A stretch of DNA of 64,000 bases, taken from positions 25,184 to 89,183 of the forward strand of contig CAXHJY010000422.1 of NCBI GenBank assembly GCA_964016885.1. The letters run 5' to 3'. Positions 1 to 11,914 of this stretch are shown here, in pieces. The translations under genes were made by a program, and so were the position numbers. The notes below the pieces were generated by a model. It did no database searches, had not been told where the DNA came from, and saw only the letters and a program-made list of their open reading frames with translations. Within the stretch, counting starts at the first letter, position 1. Every line of letters begins with the position of its first letter. Source of the stretch: Eledone cirrhosa. Its lineage: Eukaryota.

Positions 1-3000
1 CGTGTAATAAAGTGTCTTGCTGAAGGACACAGTTGACTGGAGCAACGTGTAATAGAGTGTCTTGTTGAAGGACACAGTGGACTGGAGCAACGTGTAATAA
101 AGTGTCTTGTTGAAGGACACAGTGGACTGGAGCAACGTGTAATACAGTGTCTTGCTGAAGGACACAGTGGACTGGAGCAACGTGTAATAGAGTGTCTTGC
201 TGAAGGACACAATGGACTGGAGCAACGTGTAATAAAGTGTCTTGCTGAAGGACACAGTGGACTGGAGCAACGTGTAATAGAGTGTCTTGCTGAAGGACAC
301 AATGGACTGGAGCAACGTGTAATAAAGTGTCTTGCTGAAGGACACAGTGGACTGGAGCAACGTGTAATAGAGTGTCTTGTTGAAGGACACAGTGGACTGG
401 AGCAACGTGTAATAAAGTGTCTTGCTGAAGGACACAGTGGACTGGAGCAACGTGTAATAGAGTGTCTTGTTGAAGGACACAGTGGACTGGAGCAACGTGT
501 AATAAAGTGTCTTGTTGAAGGACACAGTGGACTGGAGCAACGTGTAATAGAGTGTCTTGCTGAAGGACACAATGGACTGGAGCAACGTGTAATAAAGTGT
601 CTTGTTGAAGGACACAGTGGACTGGAGCAACGTGTAATAAAGTGTCTTGCTGAAGGACACAGTGGACTGGAGCAACATGTAATAGAGTGTCTTGCTGAAG
701 GACACAGTGGACTGGAGCAACGTGTAATAGAGTGTCTTGTTGAAGGACACAGTGGACTGGAGCAACGTGTAATAGAGTGTCTTGCTGAAGGACACAATGG
801 ACTGGAGCAACGTGTAATAAAGTGTCTTGCTGAAGGACACAGTGGACTGGAGCAACGTGTAATAAAGTGTCTTGCTGAAGGACACAGTGGACTGGAGCAA
901 CGTGTAATAGAGTGTCTTGTTGAAGGACACAGTGGACTGGAGCAACGTGTAATAAAGTGTCTTGTTGAAGGACACAGTGGACTGGAGCAACGTGTAATAG
1001 AGTGTCTTGCTGAAGGACACAATGGACTGGAGCAACGTGTAATAAAGTGTCTTGTTGAAGGACACAGTGGACTGGAGCAACATGTAATAAAGTGTCTTGT
1101 TGAAGGACACAGTGGACTGGAGCAACGTGTAATAAAGTGTCTTGCTGAAGGACACAATGGACTGGAGCAACGTGTAATAAAGTGTCTTGCTGAAGGACAC
1201 AGTGGACTGGAGCAACGTGTAATAGAGTGTCTTGCTGAAGGACACAGTGGACTGGAGCAACGTGTAATAGAGTGTCTTGCTGAAGGACACAGTGGACTGG
1301 AGCAACGTGTAATAGAGTGTCTTGCTGAAGGACACAGTGGACTGGAGCAACGTGTAATAGAGTGTCTTGCTGAAGGACACAGTGGACTGGAGCAACGTGT
1401 AATAGAGTGTCTTGCTGAAGGACACAGTGGACTGGAGCAACGTGTAATAGAGTGTCTTGTTGAAGGACACAGTGGACTGGAGCAACGTGTAATAAAGTGT
1501 CTTGCTGAAGGACACAGTGGACTGGAGCAACGTGTAATAAAGTGTCTTGCTAAAGGACACAATGGACTGGAGCAACATGTAATAAAGTGTCTTGCTGAAG
1601 GACACAGTGGACTGGAGCAACATGTAATAAAGTGTCTTGCTGAAGGACACAGTGGACTGCAGCAACGTGTAATAAAGTGTCTTGCTGAAGGACACAGTGG
1701 ACTGGAGCAATGTGTAATAAAGTGTCTTGCTGAAGGACACAATGGACTGGAGCAACATGTAATAAAGTGTCTTGCTGAAGGACACAGTGGACTGGAGCAA
1801 CATGTAATAAAGTGTCTTGTTGAAGGACACAGTGGACTGGAGCAATGTGTAATAAAGTGTCTTGTTGAAGGACACAGTGGACTGGAGCAATGTGTAATAA
1901 AGTGTCTTGCTGAAGGACACAGTGGACTGGAGCAACGTGTAATAGAGTGTCTTGCTGAAGGACACAGTGGACTGGAGCAACATGTAATAAAGTGTCTTGC
2001 TCAAGGACACAATGGACTGGAGCAACATGTAATAAAGTGTCTTGCTGAAGGACACAGTGGACTGGAGCAACATGTAATAAAGTGTCTTGTTGAAGGACAC
2101 AGTGGACTGGAGCAATGTGTAATAAAGTGTCTTGTTGAAGGACACAGTGGACTGGAGCAATGTGTAATAAAGTGTCTTGCTGAAGGACACAGTGGACTGG
2201 AGCAACATGTAATAAAGTGTCTTGCTGAAGGACACAGTGGACTGGAGCAACATGTAATAAAGTGTCTTGTTGAAGGACACAGTGGACTGGAGCAATGTGT
2301 AATAAAGTGTCTTGTTGAAGGACACAGTGGATTGGAGCAATGTGTAATAAAGTGTCTTGCTGAAGGACACAGTGGACTGGAGCAATGTGTAATAAAGTGT
2401 CTTGCTGAAGGACACAGTGGACTGGAGCAACATGTAATAAAGTGTCTTGCACAATGACACAGTGGACTGGAGCAACGTGTAATAAAGTGTCTTGCTGAAG
2501 GACACAGTGGACTGGAGCAATGTGTAATAAAGTGTCTTGCTGAAGGACACAGTGGACTGGAGCAATGTGTAATAAAGTGTCTTGCTGAAGGACACAGTGG
2601 ACTGGAGCAATGTGTAATAAAGTGTCTTGCTCAAGGACACAGTGGACTGGAGCAACGTGTAATAAAGTGTCTTGCTGAAGGACACAGTGGACTGGAGCAA
2701 CATGTAATAAAGTGTCTTGCACAATGACACAGTGGACTGGAGCAACGTGTAATAAAGTGTCTTGCTGAAGGACACAGTGGACTGGAGCAACATGTAATAA
2801 AGTGTCTTGCACAATGACACAGTGGACTGGAGCAACGTGTAATAAAGTGTCTTGCTGAAGGACACAGTGGACTGGAGCAACATGTAATAAAGTGTCTTGC
2901 ACAATGACACAGTGGACTGGAGCAACGTGTAATAAAGTGTCTTGCTGAAGGACACAGTGGACTGGAGCAACGTGTAATAAAGTGTCTTGCTGAAGGACAC

Positions 3001-6000
3001 AATGGACTGGAGCAACGTGTAATAAAGTGTCTTGCTGAAGGACACAGTGGACTGGAGCAACGTGAAGTAAAGTGTCTTGCTCAAGGACACAGTGGGCTGG
3101 AGCAACGTGAAATAAAGTGTCTTGCTGAAGGACACAGTGGACTGGAGCAACGTGAAGTAAAGTGTCTTGCTCAAGGACACAATGGACTGGAGCAACATGT
3201 AATAAAGTGTCTTGCTCAAGGACACAGTGGACTGGAGCAACGTGTAATAAAGTGTCTTGCTGAAGGACACAGTGGACTGGAGCAACGTGAAATAAAGTGT
3301 CTTGCTCAAGGACACAGTGGACTGCAGCAACGTGTAATAAAGTGTCTTGCTGAAGGACACAATGGACTGGAGCAACGTGTAATAAAGTGTCTTGCTGAAG
3401 GACACAGTGGACTGGAGCAACGTGTAATAAAGTGTCTTGCTGAAGGACACAGTGGACTGGAGCAACGTGAAGTAAAGTGTCTTGCTGAAGGACACAGTGG
3501 ACTGGAGCAACGTGAAGTATAGTGTCTTGCTCAAGGACACAATGGACTGGAGCAACATGTAATAAAGTGTCTTGCTGAAGGACACAGTGGACTGGAGCAA
3601 CATGTAATAAAGTGTCTTGCTGAAGGACACAATGGACTGGAGCAATGTGAAATAAAGTGTCTTGCTGAAGGACACAATGGACTGGAGCAACGTGAAGTAA
3701 AGTGTCTTGCTCAAGGACACAATGGACTGGAGCAACGTGAAGTAAAGTGTCTTGCTCAAGGGCACAGTGGACTGGAGCAACGTGTAATAAAGTGTCTTGC
3801 TGAAGGACACAATGGACTGGAGCAACGTGAAGTAAAGTGTCTTGCTCAAGGACACAGTGGACTGGAGCAACGTGTAATAAAGTGTCTTGCTGAAGGACAC
3901 AATGGACTGGAGCAACGTGAAGTAAAGTGTCTTGCTGAAGGACACAGTGGACTGGAGCAACGTGTAATAAAGTGTCTTGCTGAAGGACACAATGGACTGG
4001 AGCAACGTGAAGTAAAGTGTCTTGCTGAAGGACACAGTGGACTGGAGCAACGTGTAATAAAGTGTCTTGCTGAAGGACACAGTGGACTGGAGCAACGTGT
4101 AATAAAGTGTCTTTCTGAAGGACACAATGGACTGGAGCAACGTGTAATAAAGTGTCTTGCTGAAGGACACAGTGGACTGGAGCAACATGTAATAGAGTGT
4201 CTTGCTGAAGGACACAGTGGACTGGAGCAACGTGTAATAAAGTGTCTTTCTGAAGGACACAATGGACTTGAGCAACGTGTAATAAAGTGTCTTGCTCAAG
4301 GACACAGTGGACTGGAGCAATGTGTAATAAAGTGTCTTGCTGAAGGACACAATGGACTGGAGCAACATGTAATAAAGTGTCTTGCTGAAGGACACAATGG
4401 ACTGGAGCAACGTGTAATAAAGTGTCTTGCTGAAGGACACAATGGACTGGAGCAACGTGTAATAAAGTGTCTTTCTGAAGGACACAATGGACTGGAGCAA
4501 CATGTAATAAAGTGTCTTGCTCAAGGACACAATGGACTGGAGCAACGTGTAATAAAGTGTCTTTCTGAAGGACACAATGGACTGGAGCAACATGTAATAG
4601 AGTGTCTTGCTGAAGGACACAATGGACTGGAGCAACGTGTAATAAAGTGTCTTTCTGAAGGACACAATGGACTGGAGCAACGTGTAATAAAGTGTCTTTC
4701 TGAAGGACACAGTGGACTGGAGCAACATGTAATAGAGTGTCTTGCTGAAGGACACAATGGACTGGAGCAACGTGTAATAAAGTCTCTTGCTGAAGGACAC
4801 AATGGACTGGAGCAACGTGAAGTAAAGTGTCTTGCTGAAGGACACAGTGGACTGGAGCAACGTGTAATAAAGTGTCTTGCTGAAGGACACAATGGACTGG
4901 AGCAACGTGAAGTAAAGTGTCTTGCTGAAGGACACAGTGGACTGGAGCAACGTGTAATAAAGTGTCTTGCTGAAGGACACAATTGACTGGAGCAACGTGT
5001 AATAAAGTGTCTTGCTCAAGGACACAGTGGACTGGAGCAACGTGTAATAAAGTGTCTTGCTCAAGGACACAATGGACTGGAGCAACGTGTAATAAAGTGT
5101 CTTGCTGAAGGACACAATTGACTGGAGCAACGTGTAATAAAGTGTCTTGCTGAAGGACACAATTGACTGGAGCAACGTGTAATAAAGTGTCTTGCTGAAG
5201 GACACAATTGACTGGAGCAACGTGTAATAAAGTGTCTTGCTCAAGGACACAATTGACTGGAGCAACGTGTAATAAAGTGTCTTGCTGAAGGACACAATTG
5301 ACTGGAGCAACGTGTAATAAAGTGTCTTGCTCAAGGACACAGTGGACTGGAGCAACGTGTAATAAAGTGTCTTGCTCAAGGACACAATGGACTGGAGCAA
5401 CGTGTAATAAAGTCTCTTGCTGAAGGACACAATGGACTGGAGCAACATGTAATAAAGTGTCTTGCTCAAGGACACAATGGACTGGAGCAACGTGTAATAA
5501 AGTGTCTTGCTGAAGGACACAATTGACTGGAGCAACATGTAATAAAGTGTCTTGCTGAAGGACACAATTGACTGGAGCAACGTGTAATAAAGTGTCTTGC
5601 TGAAGGACACAATTGACTGGAGCAACGTGTAATAAAGTGTCTTGCTCAAGGACACAATTGACTGGAGCAACGTGTAATAAAGTGTCTTGCTCAAGGACAC
5701 AATTGACTGGAGCAACGTGTAATAAAGTGTCTTGCTGAAGGACACAATTGACTGGAGCAACGTGTAATAAAGTGTCTTGCTGAAGGACACAATTGACTGG
5801 AGCAACGTGTAATAAAGTGTCTTGCTCAAGGACACAATTGACTGGAGCAACGTGTAATAAAGTGTCTTGCTGAAGGACACAATTGACTGGAGCAACGTGT
5901 AATAAAGTGTCTTGCTCAAGGACACAATTGACTGGAGCAACGTGTAATAAAGTGTCTTGCTCAAGGACACAATTGACTGGAGCAACGTGTAATAAAGTGT

Positions 6001-7500
6001 CTTGCTGAAGGACACAATTGACTGGAGCAACGTGTAATAAAGTGTCTTGCTCAAGGACACAATGGACTGGAGCAACATGTAATAAAGTGTCTTGCTGAAG
6101 GACACAATTGACTGGAGCAACGTGTAATAAAGTGTCTTGCTGAAGGACACAATTGACTGGAGCAACGTGTAATAAAGTGTCTTGCTCAAGGACACAGTGG
6201 ACTGGAGCAACGTGTAATAAAGTGTCTTGCTCAAGGACACAATGGACTGGAGCAACGTGTAATAAAGTGTCTTGCTCAAGGACACAATGGACTGGAGCAA
6301 CGTGTAATAAAGTGTCTTGCTCAAGGACACAATTGACTGGAGCAACATGTAATAAAGTGTCTTGCTGAAGGACACAATTGACTGGAGCAACGTGTAATAA
6401 AGTGTCTTGCTGAAGGACACAATTGACTGGAGCAACGTGTAATAAAGTGTCTTGCTCAAGGACACAATTGACTGGAGCAACATGTAATAAAGTGTCTTGC
6501 TGAAGGACACAATTGACTGGAGCAACGTGTAATAAAGTGTCTTGCTCAAGGACACAATTGACTGGAGCAACGTGTAATAAAGTGTCTTGCTCAAGGACAC
6601 AGTGGACTGGAGCAACGTGTAATAAAGTGTCTTGCTCAAGGACACAATGGACTGGAGCAACGTGTAATAAAGTGTCTTGCTCAAGGACACAATGGACTGG
6701 AGCAACGTGTAATAAAGTGTCTTGCTGAAGGACACAATTGACTGGAGCAACGTGTAATAAAGTGTCTTGCTGAAGGACACAATTGACTGGAGCAACGTGT
6801 AATAAAGTGTCTTGCTCAAGGACACAATGGACTGGAGCAACGTGTAATAAAGTGTCTTGCTCAAGGACACAGTGGACTGGAGCAACGTGTAATAAAGTGT
6901 CTTGCTGAAGGACACAATTGACTGGAGCAACGTGTAATAAAGTGTCTTGCTCAAGGACACAGTGGACTGGAGCAACGTGTAATAAAGTGTCTTGCTGAAG
7001 GACACAATTGACTGGAGCAACGTGTAATAAAGTGTCTTGCTGAAGGACACAATTGACTGGAGCAACGTGTAATAAAGTGTCTTGCTCAAGGACACAATGG
7101 ACTGGAGCAACGTGTAATAAAGTGTCTTGCTGAAGGACACAATTGACTGGAGCAACGTGTAATAAAGTGTCTTGCTCAAGGACACAGTGGACTGGAGCAA
7201 CGTGTAATAAAGTGTCTTGCTGAAGGACACAATTGACTGGAGCAACGTGTAATAAAGTGTCTTGCTGAAGGACACAATTGACTGGAGCAACGTGTAATAA
7301 AGTGTCTTGCTCAAGGACACAATGGACTGGAGCAACGTGTAATAAAGTGTCTTGCTCAAGGACACAGTGGACTGGAGCAACGTGTAATAAAGTGTCTTGC
7401 TCAAGGACACAATTGACTGGAGCAACGTGTAATAAAGTGTCTTGCTCAAGGACACAGTGGACTGGAGCAACGTGTAATAAAGTGTCTTGCTGAAGGACAC
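1..7500 (-). repeat. 45-bp satellite (~166 copies, runs off the left edge) derived from a SINE CORE-like segment
   Basis: Unit CGTGTAATAAAGTGTCTTGCTGAAGGACACAGTGGACTGGAGCAA. Its reverse complement matches the internal segment TTTCCTTGAGCAAGACACTTTATTTCACATTGCTCCAG of the SINE at 7981. Confidence 0.95.
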
Positions 7501-7585
7501 AACACAAGGCTCAGTCTGAGAATCGAACTGACAACCTCACAATTGTAAACCCGATGCTGTAACCATTGAGCCATGTTGTGCCTTC
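7501..7585 (-). mobile_element. tRNA-derived SINE head contiguous with the 45-bp array
   Basis: Minus strand has A box TGGCTCAATGG (7563-7573) and B box GTTCGATTC (7520-7528), is similar to the head at 7981, and reads directly into the first array unit. Confidence 0.85.
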
Positions 7586-7600
7586 ACATATATATAAACA

Positions 7601-7631
<31 letters not shown>

Positions 7632-7980
7632 GTATGTGGGTGTATATATATATGTGTGTGTGTGTATATATAGGTGCGTGTGCATATGTGTATGTGTGCA
7701 TATATGTGTGTGCATACGTGTGTATGTGTGTGTGTGTATATGTGTGTGTGTATATGTGTCTGTGTGTGCATATGTGTGTGTGTGTATATATGTGTGTGTG
7801 TGTGTATATATGTGTGTGTGTGTATATATATATGTGTGTGTGTATATAGATATAGAGAGAGATAGGTGTGTAGTGTATATATATATATATATGTAGTGTG
7901 TATATATATATATATATGTAGTGTGTATATATATGTAGTGTGTGTATATATGTAGTGTACGTATATATATATACATACCT
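7586..7980. repeat. Mixed (TG)n/(TA)n microsatellite
   Basis: Seen directly. Confidence 0.9.
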
Positions 7981-8293
7981 GGAGGCACATGGCTTAGTGG
8001 TTAGAGCATTGGCCTTGCAATCGAAAGGTTGTGAGTTCAATTCTCAGACCGGGTGATGTGTTGTTTCCTTGAGCAAGACACTTTATTTCACATTGCTCCA
8101 GTTTACTCAGCTGTAGAAATGAGATGCCAGGGACTGGGGACCCTATCATTCCACTGCAAAAAAGCACCCAGCACTCACTGTAAATGAGGTTGGTGTTAGG
8201 AAGGGCATCCAGCTGTAGAGATGGAGCCAGAATCAGTTCCCGTCCCACCCTTGCAAGCAGGGAAAAGTGGACGTGAAATGATGATGATGATGA
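7981..8293 (+). mobile_element. Full-length tRNA-derived CORE-type SINE with RTE-like 3' end and (ATG)n tail
   Basis: A box TGGCTTAGTGG, B box GTTCAATTC, CORE-like CCTTGAGCAAGACACT. 3' part shares GGTTGGTGTTAGGAAGGGCATCCAGC with RTE 3' UTRs in this window. Near-identical copy at 21189. Confidence 0.9.
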
Positions 8294-8492
8294 TACCTGT
8301 GTATCCATGTGTATTTATGCCTGTTTGTGTGTCTGTGCTTGTTTAGGTATGTATGTGTTAAGCAAAGGTAATCAGGTGTATATACATATACACCTGCAAT
8401 GTATATATACATCCTCAACAGAACCCCCCCCCTCAATGTGTGACCAATGTGTGTGTGTGTGGGGGGGGTACAATAAGGGCAATGCCACTCAC

Positions 8493-8612
8493 CTGTCGTG
8501 CAATCTTTCCACGTGACTGCACACCCTAAGTGCAGTGTGTGCTGCATGCAACAGTTATCTCCTCCTCCATTAATACACAGGGTTTCATGGAAATATGTGT
8601 CTGGCAGTACAA
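8493..8612 (-). CDS. Putative exon D (120 nt) of an unidentified Cys-rich gene
   Basis: Acceptor CTAACAACCAACAG| and donor ACAG|GTGAGT. One frame is fully open: VLPDTYFHETLCINGGGDNCCMQHTLHLGCAVTWKDCTT. Confidence 0.6.
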
Positions 8613-8842
8613 CTGTTGGTTGTTAGACATTGTTTTGGGGAGGGGTGATGGTGGTGTTGTGGTGGTGTAGGTGGTGGTACAGGTAGTGGTGTAGGTGGTG
8701 GTACAGGTGGTGGTACAGGTGGTGTAGGTGGTGGTACAGGTGGTGGTACAGGTGGTGGTACAGGTGTGTTAATGAAGTGAACATGATCACATTTATAATA
8801 TTTCTCTAGTTACTACAATAACACTTGGACTGATACTACATT

Positions 8843-9580
8843 TACCTCTCTACCTCTCTCTCTACCTCATCTCATCCCTCTCTCTCTCTCTCTCTACCGC
8901 TCTCTCTCTACCGCTCTCTCTCTACCTCTACCTCTCTTTCTCTCTCTCTACCTCTCTCTCTCTCTCTCTCTACCTCTCTACCTCTCTCTCTCTACACTCC
9001 TCTCTCTACCTCCCTATACCCCTCTCTACCTCCCTCTACCCCTCTCTCTCTACACCCCTCTCCACCTCCCTCTACCTCTCTCTCTACCTCCCTCTAACTC
9101 TCTCTCTACCGCTCTATCTCTCTCTCTCTACCTCTCTCTCTACCTCATCTCTCTACCTCTCTCTCTCTACCCCCTCTCTCTCTACCTCCATCTCTACCTC
9201 TCTACCTCTCTCTCTACCCCTCTCTCTCTCTACCTCTCTCTCTACCTCCCTCCACCTCTCTCTCTACCTCCCTCTACCTCCATCTCTACCTCTCTATCTA
9301 CCTCTCTATCTCTCTCTCTACCTCATCTCTCTACCACTCTCTACCTCATCTCTCTACCTCTCTCTCTACCGCTCTCTCTCTCTCTACTGCTCTCTCTCTC
9401 TACCTCTCTCTCTCTCTCTACCTCTCTCTACCTCTATGAACCCCTCTCTCTCTACCTCTATGAACCCCTCTCTCTCTCTCCCTACCTCTCTCTACCTCTC
9501 CCTCTCTCCCTACCTCTCTCTCTCCCTCCCTCTCTCTACCTCTCTCTCCCTCCCTCTCTGTCTCCCTCTTCTTCTCTCTC
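8843..9580. repeat. (CT)n/CTAC polypyrimidine microsatellite
   Basis: Seen directly. Confidence 0.9.
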
Positions 9581-9584
9581 AAAT

Positions 9585-9718
9585 CCTGCTGAAGTTAGCT
9601 TTACTTTTCATTTTTACGGGGTCAATAAAATAAGGTACCAGTAATGTACTGGAATCAATTTAATCGACTTTACCCTCTCCCTGAATTGTTAGCCTTGTGC
9701 CTAAATTAGAAATCATTA
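9585..9718 (+). mobile_element. 5'-truncated copy of the second SINE family (Nin/Deu-like domain)
   Basis: TTTCAT...ACGGGGTCAATAAAATAAGGTACCAG...GCCTTGTGCCTAAATTAGAAA matches the copies at 44032 and 55302. Confidence 0.7.
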
Positions 9719-9942
9719 AATATATATATATGTGTGTCTGATGGTAGCTAAGATGCTTCCATAGGCGGTATGCCGGTTGAGCACTCTATGCTCGAGCAGA
9801 GCAGAGTATGATATAATAGAAAACCAAAAATCAGTGATGCATCTGAACTGTATTGTGTGTTACAATTGTTTGGCCGGCAGACAGCTGGAGATGCGGTCAT
9901 TGTGTGGATCTGTCTGATTCTGGACCCGCAGGTTCGACGGAC

Positions 9943-10001
9943 ACGTCTAATGATTGCGGAGCAAATTCTTTCAAAGAATTTGCTCCGAAATCATTAGACG
10001 T
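9943..10001. repeat. Near-perfect palindrome (~29-bp arms) containing the 3' half of a hammerhead-like motif
   Basis: ACGTCTAATGATTGCGGAGCAAATTCTTT C AAAGAATTTGCTCCGAAATCATTAGACGT, one mismatch. Confidence 0.75.
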
Positions 10002-10096
10002 ATCTGTCTAAAATAAAGCACCAGTAATGGACTGGGGTCGATGTAATCGATTTTGCCCTCCCCAAAAGTTGCCTAAAGTATATATATATATATAGT

Positions 10097-10263
10097 TTAC
10101 GTCCACTTTTCCCTGCTTGCAAGGGTGGGACGGGAACTGATGCTGGCTCCATCTCTACAGCTGGATGCCCTTCCTAACACCAACCTCATTTACAGTGAGT
10201 GCTGGGTGCTTTGTTGCCGTGGCACCTCCACGACCACTTTACAGTGGAATGATAGGGACCCCA
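10097..10263 (-). mobile_element. 5'-truncated copy of the CORE-type SINE (3' half only)
   Basis: Reverse complement aligns to about 8135-8280 and 21345-21510. Confidence 0.85.
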
Positions 10264-10698
10264 TAGATAGAAAACCGATTGTTTTCAAACTTTACACATG
10301 TAATACATATGGTCCTGTGAGAGTTTCCAATGCCCCAGGGACCACATTAGGCAATTTAACGATCTCTCTCTATAATTCTTAAGTCTTTCTTTTTAGATAG
10401 ATACATAGATATAATGTTGCACCCTTATAATATCTGTCTGTATGTCTGGCTGTCTGCATTACGACAATATGACACTATCTGTGTCTGTGTGTATATATGT
10501 ATATATAGTGTGTGTGTATATATGTATATATAGTGTGTGTGTGTATATATGTATATATAGTGAGTGTATATATATATATATATAGTTTGAAATGTTTTTC
10601 GAAATATTTACTTCTGCGTTCAGATTGATTTTTTTTAGTTTCAGAAGATCCCGTTAAGGGTGAAAGCAGCGATTCTTTGCTTAAACTTTAATCTGTTA

Positions 10699-10734
<36 letters not shown>

Positions 10735-10852
10735 TATATTTGTGTACAGATATTTTTGCATACACAATAACAAAATATAAACAAACGTATTTATTTCACG
10801 AGGCTCGATAAGGATAAATATATATGAGATATATAAGAACCCTAGAGCAAAT

Positions 10853-10880
10853 CCCGAGCAACGCCGGGCCATTCTGCTAG
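10853..10880 (+). mobile_element. Isolated Helitron-type 3' terminus
   Basis: GC hairpin CCCGAGCAACGCCGGG followed 8 nt later by CTAG|T. Confidence 0.55.
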
Positions 10881-11297
10881 TATATTATATATATATATGA
10901 GATAAAGTGTTTACCGTGAAAATATGATAGTAAATATAGAGTAATTAAAGGGTTAAATATGCGAGTCCCTGGTTCAGTCGCGGATACACCACATTTCTAG
11001 TCCGGTAGAAGTCATTTCTATATTAAACTTCACATATTCTCTTTTACCTGTTCCAGCCAACCGGCTGAGGCCATGCTGGGGCATATATATTTTTCTTTTT
11101 TTGACACAATATAATGTCAATATGATATATATATGTCTGTTGTGACATGATATATACCATGTCAATCATGTCATAATAATCCATATATATATACTGTCCT
11201 GTTTGTATCATATGTATCAATATATATGCTATATATAGATATATACACATACACTATGACTATCACATCATAATATATATACTATGTCTATCATGTC

Positions 11298-11343
<46 letters not shown>

Positions 11344-11364
11344 GTATATTTACCTATCTATATC

Positions 11365-11390
<26 letters not shown>

Positions 11391-11395
<5 letters not shown>

Positions 11396-11510
11396 GATGA
11401 GATTCTACAGGACTAAAACTGTTTCATTCATTAGAAATCATCAGGAATCAGGATTCCTGATGATTTCTAATGAATGAAACAGTTTTAGTCCTGTAGAATC
11501 TCATCTATAT
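11391..11510. repeat. Perfect palindrome, 59-bp arms, 2-nt spacer (Penelope-like fold-back remnant)
   Basis: 11391-11449 is the exact reverse complement of 11452-11510. Confidence 0.9.
11452..11500 (+). ncRNA. Type I minimal hammerhead ribozyme motif (mirror copy on minus strand, 11401-11449)
   Basis: Stem I GATTC/GAATC, core CTGATGA, short weak stem II TTC/GAA, GAAA, stem III ACAG/CTGT, GUA cleavage triplet. Confidence 0.7.
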
Positions 11511-11588
11511 TAAAACTTTTATACTCTGCTATGTATTGAGTACCTTACTTACTGTGGTTACCTCCGATTCAACCCGGAATAAAGTATA

Positions 11589-11649
<61 letters not shown>

Positions 11650-11914
11650 TATATATTCTGTGTATCACATCATAATATGTAAGAATCTGTAATAAAAGAA
11701 ATGTAAGTGTTGTAATTAATGTTGAGACCAATTAGTACCGTCTACCAAATTACCGATGTCTATTATAATGGAATCTGATAAAAACCAAAACACACCGAAC
11801 AATCTAAAGTCAGTTATAAATTCTCCATAGAACTTTGAATATTATTCTTTGATCATTATTGATTGATTCTTATGAGTTATTCTTAATGTTTGGGAGATGT
11901 ACATGTCTGAGATT

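Noticed and set aside
1550-7507. 1985-aa ORF
   Set aside because: A 45-bp unit without stops in one frame; the unit is SINE-derived, so this is not a gene.
7981-8053. tRNA gene
   Set aside because: Imperfect cloverleaf continuing into SINE body; multiple copies show it is a SINE head.
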